This document shows positions 24,601 to 39,600 of a stretch of 64,000 nt of DNA, one piece after another (position 1 is the first letter of the stretch; each line of letters starts with the position of its first letter). Made by a program: the position numbers and the translations under genes. A model generated the notes under the pieces. It saw nothing but the letters and a program-made list of their open reading frames with translations. It made no database searches and was not told the origin of the DNA. Source of the stretch: Fimbriosthenelais zetlandica (Eukaryota); the NCBI GenBank assembly GCA_977030845.1, contig OZ365111.1, forward strand, positions 27,466,001 through 27,530,000. Direction: 5' to 3'.

Positions 24601-27600
24601 CGATCTTGTAAACGTAAGAAATAACTGGGAGAGAAAAGGTCATGAATTCATTTGGAAAATCCCGCTCATTTTGTTGCTGGATCTCCCATACGCAGCCCCT
24701 GAGAACTTGAGCGCCCCCTACATCATCGAGGCCTCCTCATCCTGGCTGCTGATTGGTTGGGGCCCGCCTGGACGAGCTAACGGTGAAATCACTGGTTATA
24801 CGCTGTATCGTGATGGGCCAGAGGCGTACAATGGTATACAGGAACAGTTCAACGTCACACAACTTAACGTAAGCTATTCTATCTTAAATTTCGTGCACGT
24901 TTATGATCATTTTACTACTTAGGAGGATGGAAATTGCTGGAAAGGCCAGCCAATTCGTCACTGTCTGTGGCGGGAGGTGTGTAAAATGCCATCCATATCC
25001 TTACTCTATTTGGTGAGAGACATGTTAAGGGCCAGCCATGTCTCCTACTGTATTTTCTGCGAGGCATGTAAAAGGCCAGCCAGAAAGTTCTGTGGTTTTG
25101 GACATTACTGCCTATTGAGAAGAGCTTGTAGCATCCTCGATGCCATATGACTGGATGTAGCTGCAGACCAAGAAATCGGCAATTCCGTTGATTGTAATAA
25201 GTTGTTGTGTGACTGTTACAGGTGTACACGTTCTATGTGTTCAGGGTACGGGCCTGTACACGGGTCGGGTGTATAGAGAGCCCTAACAACACACTGGGTA
25301 CCAATCAGCTACCGCCCGGGTTTGTGGCACCTCCACAACTTACTGTCAAAGGTACGTAGCATTTTGTCTTCGCCTTATCCTCAGTCTTCTCCCTTCTGTT
25401 TGCAGTTTATTTTGTCTGTTTTCTTCTACATTTGCTACATGGAGCATTCGTCATTGTGCTCCATCCATGTATCCGCCCATTTTAGCATCTATTCATCCAT
25501 TGATGCATCCACTTTCCGTCTATCCTTAATGTTTCCCTCGGCTTTTCTACCTATTCATTCATGATTCCATCCAGACAACTCTTTGCTCCTTGCTTCATTG
25601 CATCCCCGCTTCTGTCCTTGCTTTCTTGCTTCTTTCCCTGCTCCCTTCCTTCCGTCCTTCCTTCAATCCTTACTAATGGCATTTCTGTTCAAATATCATC
25701 GAGGTTTCTATCACATACCTCTGTTGTCTGTTGACCAGGTACACGTCGTATCACAGTGAACTGGGACGCGCCTGATCCGTCTGTACTGAATGGTGTGTTA
25801 GAACTCTACCAGATCTACCTGTCTACTGTCACACCTGATGATATAGGTAGACTAGTGTATAACAGTAGTGACTTCTACCTGGAATACACTCTCAAAGACC
25901 TCCAACCCGGCACCACCTACCACATCAGACTCGGGGTAAGCTGCGACAATTATCTTGCATCAAATTTGATCCAATGTCGACCAAATTTGGGGCCAGCTTC
26001 AATACCCAAAGCTCAATGTCCATTCCTGGTGAAAAGCATGTCAAAAGTCAGCCATGTCTCACACTGTCTTTGGTGAGAGGCATGTAAATGACCAGCCACG
26101 TCTCCCACTGTCTCTGGTGAAAGGCATGTTAAAGGCCAGTCATGTCTTCCAATGTCATTGGTTAAAGGCCAACCATGTCTGAGGTGAGAGACAAGCCATG
26201 TCTTACAGTGTCTAATAAGAGGCATGATAATGAGTTGTTTCTTGATGATTAATTTAATCTTTCTCTGGTCCTCCAGGCATGTACAGGAGGTGGGTGCAGC
26301 CTGAGTGCCCCCACCACGGCAGCCGCCGTGGAGAGTGCTCCAGAGGGGGTGGAACCCCCCACCATCCATTCACCGTCCAGCAGCCAGCTCAATGCGACAT
26401 GGGACATCCCAACCTACCCTAATGGTAGAGTATAGAGTTTCTGTACTAGTTATTTACATTCATAGAAATAGAAACCTAATACAGAACTTCTACAAACGTA
26501 CAAGAACAAAATTTGTACCACATTCATAATATATTGACCACATAATATAGGGTGGCCCTGTGAAATATTTAAGTACATTTTAATAATTAACATGCACAAA
26601 CAAATTCATGTTTTTTAAATTTTCTGATATTCTTTGTGTAGGGGTAATTATTCGGTACAGACTGACTGTTAACAACATACTGGTGTATACATCTGATGGG
26701 AGTCGGCGGTGGTACCTTATAGACGGCCTCACACCCTGGTCACTACACACGCTCAGTATAGAGGCTTGTACTCTCAGAGGATGCACCTCCAGCGATGACA
26801 TCCAGGTAAGATTCTCCTCAATCAATAGGCAAGTTTGAGACAATCAGTCTTAAACTTGACGGTATTTAGACAAGCTCCGCTTATGAGAATCGCTGCAAGA
26901 ATGACCACGCAATGATCCCTGTTGAGGGCCGGATTAGAGTACAAGTTCATTATAAATATCCACAAGATATTCATGACTTGCAATTCATACAAAGGTTCTG
27001 AATTTACCTCCCATGTCTTCCTACATGAGAGGGAGGGTTCAAGGGTTATACATGGACTTGGGGGATATAGTCCACATTCTAATTTTCTAATTGGAGCTCT
27101 AGATATCTAATTTTTGGCAGCAATTGATGCACTTTTCGTTAATAATCTTGTAGACAAGCTCCACCTGCAAGAATCACTGCAAGAATCACCAGGCAATGAT
27201 CCCTGGTAGGGGCCGGATTAGAGTACAAGGTTATAATAAATATCGCCTCCATATTCATGATTTGCAATTCATACAAAGTTTCCAACCTTTCCCCCCAATG
27301 TGCCCCTACATAGGAGGAAGGGTTTCTATGGTTCTACCAGTCACCTACGAGGACTTGGGGGATGGGGTCCACTCTCTAATTTTCTGATTCGAGCACTTTC
27401 TGATTTTAGGCAGCAATTCAAGCTCTTTTCGTTAATGGTCTTGTAGACAAGTTCCACCTGCAAGAATCACTGCAAGAATCACCAGGCAATGACCCCTGCT
27501 AAGGGCCGGATTAGAATACAAAGTTATTATAAATATCCCCTCCATATTCATGATTTGCAATTCAAGCTCTTTTCGTTAATGGTCTTGTAGACAAGCTCCA

Positions 27601-30600
27601 CCTGCAAGAATCACTGTAAGAATCACCAGGCAATAATCCCTGATGAGGGCCGGATTAAAGTACAAGGTTATTATAAATATCCACTAGATATTAATGATTT
27701 GCAATTCATACAAAGTTTCCACTCTTCCCTCCAATGTCTCCCTACATAGGAGGGAGGGTTCAAGGGTTATACCAGTCACCCACATGGACTTGGGGGATGG
27801 GATCCACCCTCTAATTATCTGATTGAAGCACCATGTAATTTCTGGCAGCAATTGATGCACTTTTGGTTAATGGTCCACCTGCAAGAATCACTGCAAGAAT
27901 CACCAGGCAATGATCCCTGGTGGGGGCCGGATTAGAATACAAGGTTATTATAAATGTCCCCTCCATATTGATCATTTGCAATTCATACAAAGTTTCTACA
28001 CTTTCCCTCCAATGTCTCTCTACATAGGAGGAAGGTTTTCTAGGGTTATACCAGTAACCCACATGGACTTGGGGGATAGGGTCCACCCTCTAATGATCTG
28101 ATTCGAGCATTTTCTAATTTATGGCTGCAATTCAAGCACTTTTCGTTAATGGTCTTGTAGATAAGCTCCACCTGCAAGAATTACTGCAAGAATCACCAGG
28201 CAAAGATCCCTGGTGCTGGCCGGAGTAGAGTACAAGGTTATAATAAATATCCGCTCCATATTCATGATTTGCAATTCATACAAAATTTCTACCCTTTACC
28301 TCCAATCTCTCCCTACACAGGAGGGCGCGTTCAAGGGTTATGACAGTCACCCACATGGACTAGAGGGATGGGATCCACCCTCTAATGATCTGATTCTAGC
28401 ACTTTCTAATTTTTGATGGCAATTCAAGCACTTTTGGTCAATGGTCTTGTAGACAAGCTCCATCTGCAAGAATCACTCCAAGAATCACCAGGCAATGACC
28501 CCTGGTGGGGGCCGTATTAGAGTTCAAGGTTATTCTAAATATTCACAAGATATTTTTTATTTACTATTCTTTTCTGCCCTTTCCCTCCAATGTTTCCCTA
28601 CACAGAATCCCTTTATGGCCCCAATAATAACTATTGACCATTCATTTTTTTTCAGGTACGGACCCAGGAATCCCCACCACGAGGTCGGGTAGGACTACGG
28701 GTGTCCGCGTCTGGACCCAGGACTGTTGAAGTGATGTGGAACGTGAATGAAGGACTGGTGGTAGTAAACAGTTACAGACCTAACGGTAACGTTTCCTTTA
28801 ACATCTACCTGGAAGGCAACTTCTACTACGACCCAGGTATGTCAGCTATCCTTCTCTCAAAACATTTCAACATTTTAAAGCCACACTTTCACTAAACCTT
28901 CTTGGTAGAGAGCTTTAAAACTGCTGTCTCTTTCTATTGTAACTTATTGGAGTTCTTTTCTATTTTATAAAGAACTATGACTGCAGTGTTTTCTATGGTA
29001 ACTTATTAGTGTTGTTTTCTATTTTATAGAGAACTATGACAACAGTGTTTTCTATGGTAACTTATTGGTGTTGTGTTCTATTTTATAGAGAATAATGACT
29101 ACAGTGTTTTCTATGGTAACGTATTGGTGTTGTTTTGTATTTTCTAGAGAACTCCGACTATAGCCTGGTGTATGGTAGGAGGAGTCTATACAGTACTTTA
29201 GACACGAGTGGTGATGCCATGGTGGGCCCAGTTATCCCACTGCTCACCTACATGGTACAAGTTAACGCTTCTAACACCGCAGGCTTCCTCCTCTCCAACA
29301 TCATGAATGTCACCATGCCAGCTGGAAGTAAGTCATAATTATTTTTATTTTAATAATTATTCACGTGCTGTTTCTTTGTAAACCCTTATGATGGCCTTTC
29401 AGTTTGCCTTTCTTTCAGGTTTTTCCTCTCGATCTTTTAACCAGTTCGGACCTTCTTTTAGCCATTGCTCATTCTCCTTTTGACTTGTAATGCCCATTAT
29501 GTCACTATGTAATTATCTAAATTCGGTCCTGTAATACCCTTTCATGTTCATAAAATGATCTTTTGTCACCTTATGATGACCTTTATTTGTAATGTTCTTT
29601 TAATGTTCTTGTAATGACCTTGTAATGCCCTTTTAATGACCTTTTTCACCTTGTAATGCCCTTTTAATGACCTTTTTCACCTTGTAATGACCTTTTAATG
29701 ATCTTTTTCACCTTGTTATGACCTTTTAATGACCTTTACCTTAGGTCCTGATGGATTAATACCTCCTGTCGTATCCTCCCCGTCGTCTGATTCTATTCGC
29801 GTCGTGTGGCAAGCTGCAAAAAGGCGTAATGCTGACCATGAGCCCGTCTACCAAATACAGTTCAGATTTGAAAACGGAACCATTGAAGAGTTAGTATAGA
29901 CATTTACTGTTTAAAGAATATCATTAAACAAATTGTTCTTGTTCTTTCAATAACATTTCTTTGCACTTTGCCTGGGACAATTTAGCTTAAGAGTTGAACA
30001 CCACTCTAAGAGCAGTGTAGCAGAGATAAAAGCACAAAGAACAGATACTAGAGCCACTTTAACTTTTATAACTAATAGTTGATTTGATTTTCCAGTCAAT
30101 TTAGAGCTCCTACAACAGCCCAGACACTGTTTAAACAAGGTCTACAGCCGTTCACCTTCTACGAGGTCCGACTGATTGCCAGCAATCAGCTGGGTGAGAC
30201 GCGCACAGAGTGGATCCCCATCACCACGAGACAAGACAGTAAGTCAAACTCCATTAACAAATTACAGTAAAACCTTCATTGATGAGTCAGAGTAGTGGAC
30301 ACTTTCACAGTCCCATGGTTCTTGAGCTTGTATATGGTATCTCTGATTATTAAGAAACCTCTTCATAATAATCACCCTTTTCTCTGAATATTTCTTTCCC
30401 ATCAGAAGTCCTAAAGCTTCCTTCAAATACTAAGGTTTTACTGTAAAGATATTACAACTTAATCTAAGAAATGCTTTCCCAAAGAACATCATTCAGTCTA
30501 TACGGAAGTCTGTTATACATATTATGTTCAACTATGACTTATTCTCTGATAATTCGATGTTCAATATTTTCCTCCAGAACCGTCGGCGATAGATCCGCCG

Positions 30601-33600
30601 TTGTTGTCTAACATCAGGGACCGGTCTGTGTTGGTACAGTGGCAGGCTCCGTTAGAAGCTAATGGTATCATATCACAGTACCGGCTCTACATTAACAACA
30701 CCTTCCGACTCGCTGTAAGTACTAGACTTTATTTTAATCAGGCCCTACCAGGCCCTATATCTTGGAGTCACCCCCGCATAGGTTAACAACATAGGGAATA
30801 TCAAAATGGTTATGGAATATTGTAATACAGGGACATAAAGCACTTATATTGAGTAGAATGTTTCTTGTATATTATTTGTACCAGAGATGAACTAAGGGCC
30901 TTATGTATACACAGGAGAAGACCATTATGTTGCATCAAGATTTATTGGTGCTTCTGTTCACACTGAACCATCAGTTAGTCGATCGTAGGTCGCAGATGCC
31001 ATGCCATTTGGATGGATGTGTCTGCTTGCTTAGATGTGTCATTGAATGATTCCATCATTAGAGCTTAGTATATAACTCATTTATCTTGTTACAGACGTTA
31101 TCTAACATGACGTATGTAGAGTTGGAGGACCTGCTGCCTTTCTCATGGTACATGTTTAGGATAGAAGCCTGTACAGTGGCTGGATGCACCATCAGTGCTG
31201 CCTCCCAGGTCATCAAAACTCTCGGTGCAGGTATGTTACTTTAGAAACCGTTTCTTAAACTTATTTTACAGCTTTTGAAACTATTTTGCTTTGCTCTTTA
31301 ACAACTTCTCCTGCCCCATTCTAGGCCAACAATTCTAAGCGATGTTGGTCCTGAGTATCCCACCTTCCTGAACAGTATATGATTTTGCAGTGAGCCATTT
31401 CTTTTGTCTCCGCATCCGCGATTTTTCATCAACATAATTATTTAACATATAATTATATATATTCAATACATATTTAGACCACGTCACCACTTTCATGTCT
31501 GACCATAATAATGTATTATTATAACATGTGTCTGCCCTTGCTACAAAATGAAACACCACTCTCATGAAGTTTATCAATTTTTGTATCTTTGTTTTTTCAG
31601 CACCTGAGGGTCTGTCACCCCCATCTGTAGCCTCCCCCACCCCCACCTCTATATTGATAGTATGGAGAGCCCCGGAGTTCTCTAATGGAGAGATTACGTC
31701 ATACCGATTAGAGCGGCGATCTGAACCTGAAGCTCCCATCACCCTGCTACAAACCTTCACCGGCACGGACGACAAAAGGTATGCTATTAAATAATATAGA
31801 TTATTATTGGCTAATAGGCCGTGGACCAAAGCTTTCTAAGAGGCCTAGCAAAATGGCATAGTGCTGCAGTCAAAGGGATGAAGGTACAATTTGCACTCAA
31901 AGCATGATAATGAGTTATGTATGTAGTATGAATTTCTAGCTGAAAAAGGTGCAAAGCTGGTTAGGCTGGCTTGCATGGAGACATAAGAAAAAGGTTAAAA
32001 GTGTGAATCAGAAATGTGTAGAATGGAGATTTAGATGATTGACAAGCATCGTATTTCAGGTACTCTGACGCCTCGCCTGCTATACGGCCCTACACCACGT
32101 ACCAGTACAGACTAATAGCCGTCAACCCTGCCGGAGAGACTGTCAGTGACTGGGTCAATATCACCACCAAGTCTGCCAGTATGTATACTTAATCATAGAC
32201 ATTTTTGCGGTACGTCTTCCCAATTGCAATTATCCAAGCATTCTTGAAATATGTCATTGTGCTTCTCCCAGTATTGCTTGCTAACTGGGATGTCCCACTG
32301 TCTGCGGTGAGAGGCATGTAAAAGGTCTACCACGTCTCCCACTGATTGAATAGTGAGAGGCTTGAAGAAGGCCAGCCATATCTCCCACTGTCTGTAATGA
32401 GAGGCATATAAAAGACCACACACATCTCCAACTAGTTGTCTTTAGTGAGAGGCCAGCCATGTCTGCCACTGTCTATGGGGTCATTACATACCCTTTGCTG
32501 GTTTCGTTTGGTTTCCATTATCATTAAACAATACTCTGTCTATAGGGCCTGGCGGTGTCCAGGCACCGCGTGTTGAAGTAACGAGCGCCACGTCCATGGT
32601 CATACAGTGGTTACCTCCACGTCAACCTAACGGCCGGCTAGAGTCCTACATTATACGTCTCCCCGTACCCCGAGTAGAGATACGTAATACAAGCCAGACA
32701 AGACTGGAGCTACAGAACCTCCGACCATTTACTGTCTACTCCATCACAGTCACCGCATGCACGGGTAAGAAACATTCACATTATGTATTCTTATTATTAT
32801 CTGCTTTTTGTTGAATGGCTGGTAAGAAAATATAAAAGCTATTTTCGCTGCATTGATGCTGAGGGCATTGGGGCATTGCAGTTTGTATTAGTGATAGTGA
32901 ACAAATCAAAATGTGACGATGCGTTCATTTTTTCATCACTTGAGGATTTGAATGAAATTCATTGGACTTGTTTATTTGCCAACCTAAATAGAAGGTCACA
33001 GAACCATTGCTCTCAAACATAGGTCATACTACAATAGGTCATACTACAATATGCCCCTGGCTGTTCCAGTGAATCAGGTTTTATCTTTTGAGCTTTTGAA
33101 CCAAATCCAGTGATCTTATTTTACAGACGGTGGCTGTACAGAGAGTGTAGCGACGAAAGTGACCACCGAGCCGTCTGTACCGTCTGGTCTCTCACCCCCC
33201 AGCCCCACCCCTCACTCACAGAGGTATATCTCTATAACATGGGAGGCCCCGACACAACCTAATGGTCCAGAACTAGAGTATGAGCTCTCCAGGATCAAGA
33301 TTAGACAACCCTTAGACCGTGAGTAACTTCTCATTCATTTATATTTAAATATATTCTATATTCTAAACTATTTGGAGCACTTCAGAAATATATTTTTCCG
33401 GATGAAATAATTTGAGAATTGTCCAATGTTACTTATACTTCACTCGACAAATAAAGTGCATTTGGCTAAAAAAAAACACCTTTGGTCAACACTTGGTAAA
33501 GAATTATGAAAGTGACCACCTCATATATAAACTGGATTCAATGGGTCAGATCAATAGTCAGAATATGACCAAATTATCAGCTTATGTAAACATGCCAAAT

Positions 33601-36600
33601 TTCGATCTTACAGTCTAATCATACAATATTGTTAGGGACACAAATAGATTGACAACTGAGCAACATTTAAAAATTCTGTACATTTTTCTCAGCGACTGCT
33701 CGAGACTTTGGATCATGGGAGAGCATCTACCGCGGTGATGACACATATTATGATGACCGAGGTCTGACCATCTTCACCACATACCGTTACCGATTCACCG
33801 TCTATAATGAGTACGGTCAGGTGACGTCAGACGCGTCACCTGACGTCACGACGTACGGTGGGACGCCGACAGAGGCGGCGTCTGTCATAGCGTCCACTGT
33901 CAACCATACATCTGTCATTGTGGAATGGACGACTCCAAGTAAGACATTGTTATGCTTATCTACTTTGAAAAACACCCTTTGTGAGCTTGGATATTGCTGT
34001 GGCCAGTGTCCAATTTTGAGGTTGGACATTGCTGTGGCCAGTCCCCAATTCTGTGCTTGCTGGTTGCTGTGGTCAGTCCCCAATTCTGTGCTTCCTGGTT
34101 GCTGTGGTCAGTCCCCAATTCAGTGCTTGGTGGTTGCTGTGGCCAGCGCCCAATTCTGGGCTCGGTCTTGCTGTGGCCAGCGCCCAATTATGGGCTTGGA
34201 CATTGCTGTGGCCAGTCCACAATTATGAGCTTGGTCATTGCTGTGGCCAGCCCCCATTTCTGAGCTTGGCCACTGATGTAGCCAGGACCCACTTATCTAC
34301 ATTTTTAGCAGTAGAAACAACAATTATATAGATTAGCTATATATAGATTTTTGCCCCTTGGCCCCAAGATCCCTCTGATCCTGTTGTATTTATAACCATG
34401 TTAAATAAATAACATTACATTCATTCATTTTGTTGAATAGAAATGCCCCCCAAAATAACCCGGACATTTACTTTCAGGTATTGCAGCTCTACAGGGTGGA
34501 GTGAGTCAGTATGAGGTCTCTATCAGGTCGGCTGACTTGTCCCTGATTGAGACATCCGCCAGTAACACGTCATCTATCATCATTTCTGGTCTTGATCCTA
34601 ACACCGAGTATGAGATCCATGTCACTATAGTGGTTCATGGGGGCGAGTCTATCACCAGTGACCCGGTGTATGTCACCACGCGAGATGGAGGTAGGCAATA
34701 GATATATTACTAAAGGCAGAATACTATTGGTAAAGGTATAAAGGCTGGAGCACATATTATAGGTGATTCTCCAAGCAACAGCTATATATTTCTAGTCACA
34801 TCCAACGTTTGTCATTATGTCAGTGGTTAGCCTTAGCTAGGTATATATTCATTCTCAAAATTTAAGCATTAATAACATTTTGCCAATAAGTTAATAACAT
34901 CCAGTTTAATATCTAAAGTGGAGTCTCACTTGGTCTTACAGTCTGGACAAATTCCAGCAAAATCTACTCTTTTTGACAGGAGTAAGAGATAAAGCGACCA
35001 CCCCATTGTTTGACCACCATTAGTTTAATCCCAAGGTAGACTTTATTCAATTTTTGAAATATTAATTCACTGCATTATTCTCACAGCGCCTGAGGGTGTT
35101 CGGCCACCTCAGTTGGTCGTTGTAAACACCACCGCCCTCCGTGTGGTATGGATGGCCCCTGATAAACCTAACGGTCAAGTTATAGGCTACAACATTCACT
35201 TTGATGGTCAGAAAATACCCACCGGCTTAGTGACCTCTGGTTCCTATATCATAAGTGGCTTACAGCCCTACACTATCTACACATTCAAGGTAGGCCATTG
35301 CATAACTCATTGCATAATAATTACCAACTATAGATGCCTGCTGCAGGTTTGAGGATCTTGCTACTTGTTCATACCTTTTGGAATACAAAATGTATCCCCA
35401 AATGCCCCCCAAATTATGCCCTGTTAAGCTCTCGTAAAACCTCGGAATAGAGGACATTTTGGGCACTGAAAGGTCCTTCACTGTAACTATAAAGGTTATT
35501 TTCTCTAACCAGAAAAAGTTATTATGACACCTTCAGAACCTTTCCTGGGTCTGTCACTATTTGTGGAGGTGTTGTCGAATGAGAAAGCCATTTCCCCATC
35601 CATTGACCCATAGTTTTTATTAGTTTTTATTACTCTACATTTTCTAAAATTCTTAGCTGGATTCTGATTAAATAATTAAATCAATACTTTCCACAGATGG
35701 AGGTATGTACCATCTATGACTGTGTACAGTCTACGGAAGTGAAGGGCACCACAGCTGAGGCCATACCGTACGGTGTCACCAGACCTAACCTCTACGTCCA
35801 ATCACCTTCCTCTATTCGTGTCACATGGTCTGCCCCCACTCAGCCTAATGGTATAATATTGCGATATGACCTCTACAGGCGTGACCACGTACCCTGCCAA
35901 CAAAAGTAAGACTCACTTTAGTCTCTGTTCCCTTAGAAAATTTTATATTTACCATTCTAAACTAAGATTTTGACGGTATGATTCCGTTCATTTTATTTAG
36001 TAAAGTATATATGTCTGTCTGTCTGCCTTTTCTATAAATAATTATCTTTGTTTAGGGAAGTGGTGACTGATGAGCCCCCTTCAGGAAAGTGCCGATACTA
36101 TGAGTGTGGAATTTTGGAGTCATTCTGTGGATCCCAATGTTACTCAGGCCCTAAGGTAATTAAATAATTACTACAGTACATTTTATCAAATGATTATAAA
36201 TTCTTATCTTAAAAGGGAGTTAACTACAGAAAGTGTAATATATTTTATAAAGATGTTATAGGAAACAATTGTGTTCTTGTGTCTCGCTTAGTGATATGGG
36301 TGTAAAAAGGAACTTTCATTAAAGTTATATAATAATTATTTACCCTTGTTTCCCTTGTTTGCCTGTTAACAGACGTGCTGTAGCGGTCAGCTGTATGATA
36401 ATAAGGTGGGGTATGAATGTTGTGGTCAGCATTACGTCCCCAGACGTCTACGACCTACTGACATGTGCTGTGGTGGAAAGTTCTACCCTCCTCTACGTAA
36501 TCACCAATGCTGCGCCCAAAGGTCAGAAAAATCGTCAATATTATCATCATTCAGCTGAATCATGTTAATGTGGGAGGGGGACTGGTGGGCTGGGTAGACA

Positions 36601-39600
36601 GTGGTGGCATTGTATAATCACATTAGCCTTGCTTTTCGAGAATCCGAGAATCCTTTATTGAAAAATTCAGAGAGATGCAGTAAAACCTACACACAATATT
36701 ACATCTGAGCTTATTTAATATGCGTTATCTTGTTGTAGGTATGTGGAGATACAGGACGGGTCTATCTGCTGCCCGGACCCGGACCAGGACCGTGTGGCTG
36801 TAGGTGTGGGGAACCGCTGCTGTGAAGCTCTACCATACCGCTCATCAGGCTCACAACTCTGCTGTAATGGTGAGGATTACTCTATTATTATATTCATACA
36901 CGACCAATATTCATCATGTAAGAGCAAAATATTGAGGGTTAATTATTTTGGCATGGCCTTGGACATTCCTGTGGCCAGTGCCCCATATTTATGGACTTGG
37001 ACATTGCTGTGGCCCCTCCACCCTATGGGCCTGACCAGTACCCCACTTCTGATCTTGGACATTGCTGTGACTAGTGTCCCCTTTTTGGTCTTGGACATTG
37101 CTGTGGCCAGTGCCCTCCTTCTGGCCTTGGTAATTGCTGTAGCCAGTGCCCTCCTTCTGGCCTTGGTCATTGCTGTGACTAGTGTCCCCTTTTTGGTCTT
37201 GGACATTGCTGTGGCCAGTGCCCTCCTTCTGGCCTTGGTCATTGCTGTGTTCAGTGCCCTCCTTCTGGCCTTGGTCATTGCTGTAGCCAGTGCCCTCCTT
37301 CTGGCCTTGGTCATTGCTGTAGCCAGTGCCCTCCTTCTGGTCTTGGATAGTGCTGTGTAGAGTGCCCTTCTTCTGGTCTTGGACAGTGCTCTGGCAAGTG
37401 CCTCATTCTAAGCTTAGACGTTGCTGTGGCCAGTGCCTCATTCTGGTATTGGACATTTCTGTGGCCAGTGCCCTCCTTCTGGTCTTGGTCATTGCTGTCA
37501 TTCGCCTCTATCTTTCTGGAAAATGGATGTGAACCCTTGAAATTTATGTCACATTTGCGATAAAAAAAAACTAAGTATCCCCCTTTCTTGTCTGCAGGTA
37601 AGCTGCATGATAAGTACGAGTCACAGTGCTGTGGAGGTGAGGTGGTGGCTAACTCTCTCATCTGTTGTGGTAACACCACCCACGGTCAGGCCTACGATCC
37701 GGACGTCAGCCTCTACTGCTGCGGTGACGAGTATGTCAGCCGAGAAACAACCGTCTGCTGCACCAACGAGATCGGCCAGTCAAAGGTGAGTGCTTACCTA
37801 ATCCATTCATTGGTTTTAGAGTATCCTGCAGATTGATTTATTGATATAGTGTTGACTGATATACTTTTTGGGCGAAGCTCAGGGATAATATCGACGTAAT
37901 GATACTCAAGCTAGAGCGTTCCTTATGCCCATTTATTGAATGAATAAATCAATGAATTAATCAATGGTGGTTTTATGTCTTTCTAGCTATTAAGGCTATC
38001 TTTAATGCATGGTATTAAGAGCATTCCTTTTTCGTCTTTAATACTATCCTAATGTGATTGATGTGTTACAGGTACATAGTTTCGCCAGTGTGGCCGCCCT
38101 GGCAGCGTCTAACACTAAATGTTGCGGTACTGAGAGGATCTCTGCTGGCCTCAGCTGCTGTAACGGTGTAGGCTTCTCATCATTCTCACAGACCTGCGCT
38201 GACGTCTCAGACGTCCTCAATGGTAGGTTAATTAATAATATAAACAATCATTGTGTCTTAAAGCGGCTCTATCACTGATTCTGTCCCTGTACAGAGAGTT
38301 TATCAGGGATAAGATCAAAGTGACTCTATCACTGATATTTTACTGGTTCAGAGTCACATTTTTAGTTCATTCCCAATGCAATTAAAGTGACTCAATCACT
38401 GATATTTCTTGGTCAAATTGCATGAATCTTGGTCCGACGAACCTAGGGATATTTAACCATTATTTAATCATCATCTTCAGGATGTGGTACGGGAGTGGTC
38501 TGCCCTGTCAGCCAATCAGCAACAGCCTTCTGTAATCGTTGTAATTTCCGTCGTCAAACGACCAAATGTGGCGCCACTGAGCCGCGCGCTGTAGTCAAAG
38601 AAACACCTCCCTCACTAGAGGGCCTATGCTGGACGGATCCTGTGAGAATCTACAGAGGCCAGCAACTGGCTTACTTAGGTCAGTCAATCTTGCTGTATTG
38701 TTTTAAAATGATTTTTTTTTGTCTCAAAATTCTACTTTTAAAATTGCGTTTACTTAGTTCCCAGTCAATGAACCAGAAAATTGTATACAAGTTTGTACTC
38801 TTTGCCTTGCAATACTTGTGAGTAAATAAATATTGCGAAATTCATTGCAGTTTTCTTTTCTGCAATGAAAAGTTGCAATGTACGTGGCTGCAATGTACAA
38901 GGCTGCAAATTTGCAATGAAAACTTACCAAATAAAGGCTGAATAAAACTTTTCATTATAATTCATTTAACCTCATTTGAATGGTGTTTATTTAAAACAAT
39001 ATTTTTAAAAATCTGTTACAGATGAGGATCTGTCACCATTCACGGAGTATGAGTACTCTATCCTGGCAGTGAATGGAGCTGGTAGTCAGACTAGCCCTGC
39101 TAACTCAGCCCTCACCTCACAATCTCCACCACAAGACCTCTCCCCACCTACAGCTACAGTACAGGCCAACCAGCTGGATACCATCTACCTCTCCTGGCAG
39201 GAGCCTGCCAAACCTAATGGTCAGTCTACCTACAGAGACCCCTCAGCTGGGGTGGCACTTTAAACCAAAAGTTGTGCTTTATTAGAACATTTCTCTCTTG
39301 ATATGAAATCAAGATTGTCTTCCAGAGTGTAGTTGTTATTAAGTTATCTGTTTAAACGTCTAACTAAAGTTGAAACTTATTTTAAAACTCAAGTTTAAAA
39401 ATTGTCGAGGATCGAGTGTTAACCAATGGACAAAAAGATATATGTTCTTTACAAATATTTTCTGGATTAAGGTTGACTCTAAATGACAAGTTTTTATGCT
39501 AATAGTTGAAGAGGGAAATTGCTACTTTATCAATATTGTGGTTGATTACTTTTATCATTAATTTGATACAGGGGAGATTATTCAGTACATATTATTCCGG

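Noticed and set aside
33731-33739. RGD tripeptide in an FN3 repeat (IYRGDDTY)
   Set aside because: It sits at the common [VI]Y.G position, not in the F-G loop used by integrin-binding fibronectin FN3-10, and is expected by chance in 5000 aa.
36743-37360. 205-aa ORF with a hydrophobic multi-TM-looking tail
   Set aside because: Only 36739-36869 is exon; the rest is read-through into the 36-bp minisatellite.
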